64,000 nucleotides of DNA. It comes from Klebsormidium nitens (taxonomy: Eukaryota; Plantae; Klebsormidiophyceae). The translations under genes were made by a program, and so were the position numbers. Below, piece after piece: positions 1-11,425 of the stretch. The notes beneath the pieces are model-generated. The model saw only the letters and a program-made list of their open reading frames with translations, was not told where the DNA came from and ran no database searches. How positions within the stretch are numbered: the stretch's first letter is position 1; the number at the start of each line of letters is the position of its first letter. The stretch is from the NCBI GenBank assembly GCA_000708835.1, contig DF237189.1, positions 66,686 through 130,685 of the forward strand. The letters run 5' to 3'.

Positions 1-966
1 CTTCGTACGGTGACGCTAGATCCTTCAAAGGACGAAGCTAGCTCGGTCGCGCGAAAACTGCAAATAACTGATGCTAGTGACGCGAATTCTGTGCGGTTCC
101 GGTTGGTTCTGCATGAACGTTCTTTGGATCTCCATCTAGCCTAGCTACGACGGTCTCTGGCAATACCGTCCAATTATTCCAATCAGCACATACATGTCTG
201 CTGCACGCGCGCAATTGTGCCAAGAGCTCGACGCGGACACTCTTGACCAAATGATCCGATCATGCGCAACATCAATTGCAGATTCAACATGCAGTGCCAC
301 AACATGGGATCACAACATGAGGTGTTCCGGTTTCAACTAGCTACTGTAGCTGTCACGTGTCCGGCCAACCAGACTTAGGATTGTATGTCGAGTATCTCAG
401 AAGGTCCGTTCGCGGCGTGCCATTATGGTGAAAGAAAACCATGTGCATGCGCACACTCCAATCGCGAGATTCATTAAGACGTGCTGCAGTGCAAATACTG
501 CACTGACATGCATGTCATGCTGCATGTTGATTATAGTAGAGTTGAATGATTTCGGCTATACGTGCGCATATTTCTCTTGATCGATGCTTGGGCCGGGCTT
601 GAGGCGGATCGCCGTTGTGCTCCAAAACACATAAGTGCATGGCGCGCCTTGATTTTGACTTGTACCACGGCCATTTCGTACCGACTTTCCAACTTATAAT
701 CCAGATTGCAGGTCGCGCTGACAGATTGCAACCGAGCCGCATGACTCAAAATTTGGCCTCATCTTTGCCACATGCACGTCCACCAGCAATGTAAGATTCA
801 TGATCCAGGCTGGCAAGCGTCATGGATTCAGATGCACCAATCGAAAGCTCCATCGTTTGCATCCCGTTGTTAAGAGAACCGTTTGAGATGTCACAATTAA
901 AAGGAGGCTGTCTTCGAGATTCACAAAAGTACCACCAATAACTCCAACCTTATCCCTTCCGAGTAC

Positions 967-3900
967 CTATGCGTCTTTCGCCTTTGCCTTGTTCTTCAAC
1001 ATTTCCTCATACCGCAACTTCTTGAAGTACGCCTTCTTCGTCCACTTAACCTTTCCAGGCAGTTGCACAACGTTGCAACCCGCTGCCTCGAGCTTCGCCT
1101 TGGCGGTCTTCGAGAAGGAACCCGCCTCAATGGTGAAGCTCTCTGTCAAGTCACCGTCACCCAACACCTGCAAGAGATACGCCAGTTGTATTAAGTAAGG
1201 GATGGACTGCCGACCTGATAACAGAGAAAGAGGGGGCGGACACTGCTCGTGAAGGAGCAAAGTCAGTCGACGCGCAAAGCAACCAAAAGAATGAAGAACG
1301 GCCCTTTCATTCTACAACGTTGACTAAAAAACAGAAAAGGACCTCCTTGCCAATCTTCTGCAACGGGCTACTGCACTTGCAAATTAGCCTGGGCTTCCGC
1401 TAGGAAACAACGAGAGCCGTTCTCTGTCGCAATGGTTCAGCTTCTGGCAGAAGAGCACCGTTGAACAGGTCCAATTTCGAAGCGTTGTCAGAATCGGGGC
1501 TTCAACCAACGTAACAGGTAACACAAGACATACTGCGAAAATCACATATCAAACATCACAATTGACCAACAGCGAAAGGCACAGTCATTGTGCACGCAGC
1601 AATTAGCCAGATCCGCTGCGCTGACAATTAACGCACAGGACGACAACAAAGCAGGCCCACCTTTAGGGGAAGCTTGCGCTCCTTTCCAGACGGCTTGATC
1701 AGGCCGTTGGCAATAAGGCTCTCCCGAGAGATCTGCCCGCCATTCACGGCCAGGCCGCGGGCAACGATATCTTCTAAGTTGACGGCCACATGCGTGGTCC
1801 GACCCTTGGGCATACCTGCAACAAAGACATGGTCCTTTAAAATCAGCCAGAGGGGCTGTGCGATGCACGGACTTGGATTCTCCAAAAGAAGTACGGAAGG
1901 GGCGGCTACGGCTATCTTAGCAGAGAGGCAGGCTTCGTCGTTCTACGAGCTAGGAAGCACTGTGTCTTTGGAGCAGACCAGGACTCGATCCGACACTCTG
2001 ACCAAGCTTTCGAACCCGTTCAGCAAAGCAAAAGCTTGGCAAGATCAGACCGCAATATTGAGCGCCCAGCGTCCACCTGGCACCTTCTGACTTTCAGCAG
2101 ATTGCGCCCCAGCGAAGTCCGTGATTGGAGAGCCACAGCAGTACACGAGGGCGCAAATGATGAGATAAAGCGAGAAAGCTCGATGCTGCGAGGGCCGGAA
2201 GCGACTCTTGTGTAGCATTAAAACAGAGGCGAGGTAAAATTCCACGCTTCTAAGTGTACCGACCTCGGGTAACATCCCAACGTTGGGGCTTACATGACAC
2301 GTTGAAAGGCACTGCCTTCAAGAGTCGCGAGTTTCAAGCCGAAAGCCTGGAGGCAGGGAGAAAGTTCGAGCTTCTACCAGACTTCGACACGCACCTCCAG
2401 CAATACCCCGCAGCTTTGGCAGCCTCCGGTACAGCGGCATTTGACCTCCCTCGAAACCGGGCCTGGTTCCCGAGCCCGACCGCGACTTCTGTCCCCTCAT
2501 ACCGAACCCGCAGCTCGCGCCCTGCCCCGCTGCAATACCACGCCCCTTGCGGGTCTTGCGCTTCCGAGAACCAGGCTGGGGCTTCAAGTTGTTCAACCGA
2601 AACCGCTCGATCTCTGCGAAGGAACGTTAAAAGATTGGTTCAACACTTTGATGCCTTTGCAATGACCAGAGTACATGCATTTTTTTGAGCGTCAACTTGT
2701 CTTCAGAGGGATGCCCCTGAGGAACCTCCGCTTGCTCTGGCAAGCTCGAGACACCTGCAAAGCATTCCTGCAGCTCCAAATGCTGGCCTTGTAGATTCTG
2801 CCACTGAAAACATGGCTCCAAATATTTCAGGCAGCAAAGCACGTCACCAAATTGATGTATCCCAACTTGCGCGATCATGTGATTGCTTTTTCAAAATGAT
2901 GAATGCAGTCCGCCTATCCTGCTCAGCTCTCACCTCAACCTAGCCAAGCTTACTCTGAGGACTGGCCACCAGTCTGCTGCTGCCAACTTCCCAAAGAGCA
3001 GTGGCTTCAAGTTGCGTCTCCAGCAGGTTCAACGGTTACTTACGAGGGGAAGAAGGTCTGGTATCAGAAAAGCAGGACCACTTCTGCTCATCTCATCCCG
3101 GGGCAGTAACGCACCCAACTTCCAAAAGAAGTTGCACAAAAGAACAAAGGGACGTAGAAACCCACCGGGTTCTGCTTCAGCAACTGCCATTGTTACTCCC
3201 GCCCTGGCGGCTCTCGCTGCCATCGGCACTTTGCACAGCGACCGGCTGCTGGGGAGGAAAGGGGTGCACGGGGCGCCATTGCTCAACGGCACACTCTGCA
3301 GAGTTGGCACCAAAAGGTTAGGTTGTGATGTGCAAAACGACTACTGCTTCCGTTGGTTGCGTCAACGAGGTGGACTATGACTCTCTCTAAGCGCTGAAAC
3401 CAGGGGTGGGCAAGTCTCCTCATAATCCTTGAAGGACACCAAATAAAGAAAACAAGTACTCAGCTTAAAGCCAATACAGATACCCAGTAAAACGCCGTCA
3501 TATACCCCGAAGATACGAGTGAGCAATCTATGAAGCTACGACCACGTCCGACTCTCACAGACGATTCCCAAATTTTGTCTGCCAAACCCTGGAAGAAGCT
3601 GATCCAAAGCCTTTGACTTGCAGAATGGTGATTAACTGCCAGCAGGAAAAAAACCAAGTCCTGGCTATACATCCATGGCCCCTAGCGACAGGATTGTTCT
3701 CTGGAGTATCAACATGAGAGTGCCAGAAAACGTCTCCGGAAGGGTCCCAGCCAAATTGGAAGCCTTCAAGCCAGGGTCCGTGTGAGAGTTGCAATGGCCA
3801 TTCATGTTGAGCAGCGGGCACGGGGCACTCAAGACGTCAACTGCAACCAATCTCTATCTTCATTGCCTCTTCAAGTATATGAGCCTGTTCTTCACAGCAT

Positions 3901-4705
3901 TCCACTGGCGTTGCTTCAAACCTGGAATGCTGCTGCTTTGGCTCATTCGAATTGGGGACAACAGAGATAAGCCTTTCCTTTAATCTGCCGGCGAGCTATC
4001 TGGGATAGCCGCTACGCTGAGTCCTCAAACCAATCCCTTCATATCCATGATGTCGATCACGAGAGAGCCGAAGGAGCCTAGAATCCTTGCAGATAAAATT
4101 GACGTTGATAGAAACCCTTTGAAAAGACCCTGGTTACCTAGCCTCCGATCGGCCAACCTAGGTGGCGAGCAGACAGCATCACGTGCCAACTAAAGTTTGG
4201 GCCGTATCCTACTAGAAGATTGTCACAGCAGCTCGCCCACACCCTTCCTGTGAAAATGCACCAGAGAGGACCAAAAACTTGCCCCTAATGCATCCCCTCA
4301 CAAGCATTACCAGAGCCCATGAATCTGCTTCTTGTAATACCTTATGGCGGTTACTGATAGGCAGCTATTTTCAAGGCACATTGCTCCATTTTGGTAATGG
4401 TCAACCTGATCTCTTTCTTTTCCAGCTTGAGCTATCTACAGCTGCAGAGTACCTTCCACTGTCCATACCAACCGAACAACGCATCTGCTTGCTGACTCCC
4501 TTTTAACGGGTGTTGGTGTGACCACGCCAATGCAGAGGGTTCCACATAAACCCTATCCGCCAAAAGCACCGCCTTAACGTCAGAATGAGCTCAAGTACCA
4601 CGCATCGTCTTGCGCTAAATAGCACCTCACCTTCAGTTGTGCACCCGTCTGGACGGCGCCTCTGCTCAACGTGGACGACCGGCTGACAAGCCCCACGGTC
4701 GCCAT
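967..4705 (-). CDS. RPL15: Plastid 50S ribosomal protein L15 (uL15c) with transit peptide; about 5 exons (4705-4631, 3300-3170, ~2610-2390, ~1820-1660, ~1170-967)
   Basis: Exon ORFs give [42 protein letters not shown]...[18 protein letters not shown] and VLGDGDL...[16 protein letters not shown], the uL15 signatures. The Ser/Ala/Arg-rich N-terminus [16 protein letters not shown]... joins in phase through GT-AG introns. Confidence 0.95.
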
Positions 4706-5673
4706 CTTTGTGGTCCCAAATGTACTGCCGAAGCTGTTCCTACACTACCCACAAACGTCGGCTATCTTTGCCACCTCAACGACACAAGATTGATGAGGCG
4801 AAAGATTCCTCAAGAACCGGCCCAAGCGATCAACCAGCTGCCACAAAACAAGACCGCCTCCCCTTGCGCCTCACCTTCCGCAATCCCTTCGATCGTCACC
4901 TTCTTGAACTTTGAAGCCCGAGTGCTCCGGATTTCAGTCTGGCGGCCAGTCTTACTCTTGGGCCATCCACACCGTGCGATGCGACTGTGTTTCAATGATG
5001 ACGGCTGGAATTAATCTAAAGTTCAGCGTCGAAGTTTAACTAGTGCCAAGTTCTGGCACAAGTCCTGTCCAAGAAGACTGCAAGCTCACATGATGAACAG
5101 TGAACACCTCATGATGCTTTCAAATTTCAAGACACTGTGCTGTGATTGTGCAGCGTGCTCAGCACAGCTCAAAACTTCCGAGTTCAACTTCAACTTCATT
5201 GTCAAGACGAGCCTGCTCATGAACGAACGATTCGCGCATGCCAAGCGATGCATGATGGCAAATAATGCATCCATGGCGGACGTTGGACAGCTTGCATGCA
5301 GCAGCACATACCAGCAAGGCCCCGCAGTCCCTTGCATAGAATCGTCTCAACCAGGACGATAGACAGGTAGTGGGACAGCCAGAGCGAAAGGGCATCCAGT
5401 CATCAAAGTTGATCGCAGAAGGGGGCATTGGTTGACTGAATGCAGCTTGCTTCGTCGACAGAAGACGACCTTGCAGATTGGCCTGGGGAATGTCAGGGCG
5501 TTGACCTTTGCGTTTTGTGTAGCTTTCAATCAGCACCACCACTCAGAACTTAGGAGCTCCCTACTGGATTGATTCAATGCAAGCACAGTAGTCGCAAGGG
5601 AACCCTCATCAAACCTTACTCCCTTGCGGGCCGCCTGCCACTGACATCAGCAAGTGGTGGCGCTGTCGCAACC

Positions 5674-8600
5674 ATGAGCGGGCCAGGGGAAGGAAAGGTG
5701 CTGCCGGAACTCGGGCTGGCGTTCAAGGGTGTCGCTGACCTCATCAAGCAGAATGCTGAGGTGCCGACTGCCGCGTTTGCGGCAGCGTGCGATAAGATCA
5801 ACCCAATCTTTGGCCACCTTGGGATGGCGTTCAAGTTCGCAAGGGATGACTTTGTCACAAAGGTGAGAAACTTTTTGTTGTGCAGCAGTCCTTCAACTGC
5901 ATCAAAGGTATGAATGTGAGCCAGATAGGATAATATGGTCTTCTGGATGTCATCTTCTGGCTTTTTCAAAGCGTTCATTGTTCAGTGATGGTTGAATGAG
6001 GGAGCTCAATGCGTCTATCTAGAGGGCTACTATGAAGTATCGTTTTGACTTGCCCCATTCAAAACTTTGAGTAGAATACGACGGCTCGTTGTAGTGCGTA
6101 ACCCCCTGCGGCCATCGCTGGCGCATGTTGCAAATTGAGTCAAACCAGGGGTGGGGAGTTTGTGCATGCTTTTGTAATAATTCATGCCTAACAAACACCA
6201 TTGTTGCTTACCCGTAAGTTCAAGGGGCGATTGGTTGGTCAAAATCTCGGGAGGTCAACACCAGAAAGTTCTTGTGAGGTTGATGGGGCCATCATATGTT
6301 GTCTGGCGTCCACACTTCTGGACAGGTTCCAGGAGGTCTGTCTGAATTTCGAGTGGCATCTTATCACAATTCTAGATTGGCACGATATCTGGTTTAGCGT
6401 GCAATGAGTAGTCCCCTGTCTTGTGTGCCACATTGGCCGTTCTTATGGCATACCGTCCAGCTTGATGTACAATGGCTACTCTCAAATATCGGGTTGTGCC
6501 CCAGATTGACTACAGTAGTTTGGCATCCTCACCCTCCCAATCCAGTTCAACTCAGTCCTCCTCTACTATCGTTTTGTGTCTTTTATTTTTGTGAGTCCGG
6601 CAGACAGAGATACCCGCACTGTTCTCTATCATTCGAATAGGCCCTTATATGGACGCATCTCAATCAGATATGTCGAACTCTTGTCGACAGCATCCTCAAA
6701 TTAGTTCTTTGTCCTCCATCCTCATGTCGGCTCTGTCCCTTGGAAAGTATCATCCAGATGCACGACCTGTCTAAGCGCACACTCAACATCATGTCAGGCT
6801 TCGCTGGCGCCGTTCAGCCCCCTTCCCTGTGAGGATCTTTCTTCAGACTTTATCTCAGACTCGAAAGTCCATTTCGACCTCTCCTTCCAACGCCATGAAG
6901 CAGCCTGTTCAGGTTAACCAGCCTTGACTCGCGAAGATAGTCTCTGCACAACGTATCGTCAACTGGTCACTAAAAGCGCTCATGTAAGCAAACATCAGCA
7001 CCAGTCTCCTTGGCGCCAATTGGAACAAACTTGTGAAGTTCTCCATCGCCTTGTGACCCCATACCGTTCCGTTTTCGAAATTGCCCTCTCTAAACAGAAA
7101 TCTCCATATCCTGCTTCGCAGGTAGAGGACCTGAAGGAGTGCGCGAAGGACCTGCCCACTCTGGAAGACATCCTGGACGCGGACATCAAGGCCGGCACCG
7201 TGCGCGAGCCTGGGAGCCACACGCGCAACCTGCTGCGCGTCACGCGCGGGATCAACATGATCCGGCTGCTTTTTGAGCACCTACTCTCGAGCGAGTGAGC
7301 GGCGCGTTTCGGTTCGTGTCGGAAGCCGCTTTTTCCTGGACTCTTTTCGTGGATTTTGGGCTCAGGTGCTTGGTTCCGTTACGAGGCCTTTTCTTCCGTG
7401 CTTTTCCTTCTGTTTCCTCCGATTTGCACCTCCTTTTTTGTGTCGTGACACTGCCTTTTCTGGAACACCTGCTCTTCAGGGAGAACAATGTCAGTTCGTT
7501 CGCTTTCGTTCCATTTCCTTTTGTCGCCTGAACCCGCCGAACGATGCTGTAAGCTGTCCATGGTTGCATAGATGCAAAATCTTTTGATACTCATGTCAGT
7601 TCGATCTCCAAAACGGGTCCGCCTTCGGCCTTCGGCCTTCAACGGCAAAGTTTCCATGCATCACTTATAACCAGGTTTTCTTACAAGGGCACAGAAACAC
7701 CGCCCCTCTTTTTCTACTCTCCGTCTTGCATAGTAGCGTCAGGTTGAAGGAGGCCGCATCGGTTATTCGAAGCACACAACATGCAACGCTCTTGGGAACT
7801 CCAGGTTGAATATTGAACACTCTTCCTGCAAAGAGCCTGCATCTCAGTCCTCAGAAACACCTACTTTGACCGCCCACTGTGTTTACATGTGCAGTGGCGT
7901 CAGCGTGACGGCCCACGAGGACACACAGCGAAACTTTCACGTTGCCTTCCTGTCTTCTGGCAAACGCTCACTGCTCGTAATAAAACTTACAATCGATCCT
8001 CACCCACCCAACAATAACCCGCTATGCTTCCCCGGTTTGCGGTGTCAGCCTGACGAAGTCCGCATCCAAGGCCTACAAATCTGATGATGAGTCTGATGAT
8101 GAGTCTCGCTCGGAAAGATGACTGCGCTCCTCCGAGAAGCTAAGATTCTTTCGGGCCCGCCCTTACCGCCCATCAGCTCCTCTTGGCGTAACAGCATGAA
8201 CACGAACGGGGCTGTGTTGATTGATTACAGAGAGTGGGATCTTGCACCTTTTAGAGTCCCCAAAATAGCGCATACTTCGAACAACTCCGACCAGTATATT
8301 ATGTTTTCCGCTCTGTTTTGTTGCAGTGGCGTCAGCCTGAAGGATGCCGCATCATAAGCGGATGGGCATACAGAGCAATTGCTTTTGCTACTATTCATCG
8401 CCACATCGAGCGTATACTTTTCCTACCGACGAGTTTCTTACTTGATCTTTCCACTCTCTTTTCTTGCGGCGGCGTCTGCCTGCCGGAAACCGCGTCAAAC
8501 CGAGCGGGATCCTCGCACTTATTCATAACCCATTCACTCTCGAGTCTCTACGAACAACCGTAGCGAGTGGTGGAGTACCCTCAGGGTGCGTCGAATGCGA

Positions 8601-10380
8601 ACGGCGAGCACCTTTCTATCCAGCAAGAGCCCCCTTAATACGAACATAATCATTGCAATTTCTGAGTTCTCCAATCTACATGTCTCAGTGGCGTTAGCCT
8701 GAAGGAGGCCGCCTCGAAGGCGTGTTTCCCGACGAGACTATTCAATACCCCAGACATAGCACCTTAAAAGAGTACCAACAAGAGCAGTTACTCCCTTCAA
8801 ACAAGTTCCTTCCAGTAAAAACGTTTTCCATTCTGCTTTATTGCAGTGGCGTCAGCCTGAAGGAGGCCGCGTCGAAGGCGTCTTTTGAACGAGACTTTTC
8901 ATCACCCCAGAATTAGTACCTTAACAGTACCCCAACAAATGGACTTGCCTCTTTACTCAAACAGATAATCTTCGTTCTTTCAATCTTCTTTGTTGCAGTT
9001 TGTCAGCCTGAAGAAGGCCGCTTCGAAAGCCTTTGGGCAGAAGAGCGGGGTTCCTGCACCATTTACTACCCGAAAAAGCGCTCACTTTTCCTTCGAACAA
9101 GTCCCTTCCAGTCTCAACATTTTCAACGGTGCGGTCTTCCAACCAAGAACTTCCTTTTAATGTTCAACTGTTCCCTTTCCGCGTTGTAGTTGCAGTGGCG
9201 TCAGCCTTCTGTATTGTTGCAGTGGCGTTCGCCTGAAGGAGGCCGCGTCGAAGGCGTCAAGCATGCAGAAGAGAATTCTTGCACGTTCTCCCGACGGAAA
9301 GTTATTTACTAGTGCGAAGTACTTTTCCAGTACCCAATGTTTTGCCTCCATCATTTGTTGCAGTGGCGGCAGCCTGACGGAGGCCGGGTCGAAGGCGTAT
9401 TTTGGAACGAGACTTTCCAGCACCCCAGAAATAGAACCTTCACAGTAAGACTACCTACTTCCTTACGCAAACAAGTAGTTTCCGTTGGTAAGGTTTTCCC
9501 ATCTTGTTCGTTGCAGTGGCGTCAGCCTGAAGGAGGCCGCGTCGAAGGCGTACGAGCAGGCGCTGGCGCCGCACCACTCTTGGGCGATCCGGCAGGCGGT
9601 GCGCGCGAGCCTGTACACGCTGCCCAGCAGAGAAAAGTTCCTAGCGCGGGTCGGGGAGGACGGTGAGCGGGCGCAAATCGCACTGTTTCGGAGTCCTTGT
9701 TCGAACTTAACGTGGCTTCAAACTTTGAGTTTCGCACCTGGATCATTGAACAAGCAACTTTGAGCGGGAATACTTCTGTCTGATATGCTGCTTTTTAGGG
9801 AAGCTCTGCCAAGCAGCGAAAGCAGTTGGACAAGGGTGGAGTCGAGTCAAGCTTTGAAACCGTGAGGGTGTCAGGTTCGAAACCGGTGCCCTACATTCCC
9901 GTGCGATTTAGTCTGCTTTGAGAGAATTTTGTCAGGCTCGCTTTTCGGGATCCGCAACAATCAGGGGCGAACATCGGTGGCGGCAATTGAAGTTGGATGA
10001 GTGCGTGGTGCGGCCGGCTGCACGTGCGGTTCGTCAAGCTCAGTCGGGAACTTGCGGATTGGTTTTGGTCAGATTCTGAGGGGCGTGCCAAGACAGCCTC
10101 TGAATGTTCCAGCTTCCAGGTTCGTTCCAGCCGGCAAAGGACTCAGCGGACTTCCGCAGTGGCTGCTGTCAAATGTGTTTGCTTACTTCAGACTGACACG
10201 GAATGCGTCTGTGACTGGGCTTTCGCCTCCCATGTTGCTGTTCGGCGCAAACTGACGTAGCTTCCCTCTGCAGAATTTTCCTGGCGGCCCTACGCTCAAG
10301 AGTTTGTCAACGATTCGGACCCCGTCATCAAATACGTGATCAGCCTCTACGTAGACAAAGGCATCGGGACCGATTGGTGA
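5674..10380 (+). CDS. ACD11: ACD11-like glycolipid/ceramide-1-phosphate transfer protein (GLTP fold); exons 5674-5862, 7122-7294, 9517-9662, 10274-10380
   Basis: All four exons join in phase through GT-AG introns. The product has LGMAFKFARDDFVTK, GSHTRNLLRVTRG, AYEQALAPHHSWAIR and a terminal GIGTDW*, matching my recollection of Arabidopsis ACD11. Confidence 0.93.
7720..9555 (+). repeat. Degenerate tandem array (~140-180 bp period) of the ACD11 intron-2 3' end plus the first ~35 nt of exon 3
   Basis: Variants of ttgcag|TGGCGTCAGCCTGAAGGAGGCCGC start at about 7734, 7895, 8041, 8327, 8470, 8689, 8847, 8999, 9196, 9223 and 9364. The functional copy is at 9517. Confidence 0.92.
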
Positions 10381-11425
10381 TGACGGTAAAGAAAACAGTG
10401 AAGCTGCGCACACCTGGATCAGGATTCATTTCCTAGTTGGGGCAAGCCCTAGATTCCGTGAGTGTCATGTAAGTGACTGAGAGACCCGGCCTAAGTTTCG
10501 GACAAGAAGATACGTGCAATTTTCCTCTGTACAAAGCATAGCTAGAGCATAGGTGACTGAGGGAAGAGCAACTCAATTGCGACCTTCCATCGAAGTGGCA
10601 GCAATTCCAGGATTTTGAAAATGCTTACACCGTGCAACAGCATAGTATCAGTTAATCAGGCATGAGAATGTGCGGCGCGCCCATAATCTCGATCTTAAGA
10701 AGTTAGTCAGGCCGTAGGTATACTCTCATGATAGGCTTCATTCGATCGACAGTTATAAGGCTTGATTCCAGGCACTAGCTGGCCGCCATGCCATGATTGC
10801 ACAACAGCCGCCATGTGGCAGCATATATGCGCGATCTTCGATTACGATGCATGTGCGCAGCTCAATCCCTGCCACTGTAATCAACGCAATTTGATGCATG
10901 GCCTAAAGGCGTGCATGGCCCGGCCGCCGCCTGCCGCGCAGCCGAAATATGTGCAGCACCTTAATTAGGTTATACCAAAGCTACAGAATTCATATTGCAT
11001 ACATCATGTAACGGTGGTTCCGAACTTAACGCCGTCGAATCATCATGGCCATGGCCAGCAGTGCATGAGGGCCGCGCCCGCCAAGCAGGACGCATGGCAT
11101 GATGGCCCACCGGCATCATTGAATTCAATGGTATGATATTAAAAGCTCTCATGCTTAACTTACGGTCGTTGCCAGGTCGGACTCAGTGACCTCAAGGATA
11201 TATGCGGGGCGCAGCCGCGCTGGGCCCGGCTGCACGTACCGGTATGTGCAGCATGCAACATACTAAGGATGATAGTCCCATGCAGGACGGTTGAATCGAA
11301 AAGTGGGGGGGCCAGCTTCGCAGCCGTTTCAGAATATGGCAGCTTCAAGGCTTCATCTACCTTCAGCGCGCTCGGCCAGCATGCAATGGATTCAATTCAA
11401 GCAACAAACCCAGGTACACACTCTA

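Noticed and set aside
7720-9555. Repeat-spacer look of the ACD11 array, suggesting CRISPR
   Set aside because: The repeats are copies of a splice junction, the spacers are homologous to each other, the context is eukaryotic, and there are no cas genes.
11211-11233. GC-rich hairpin GCAGCCG...CGGCTGC as a Helitron 3' end or terminator
   Set aside because: The stem is only 7 bp and no CTRR terminus or U-tract follows on either strand.
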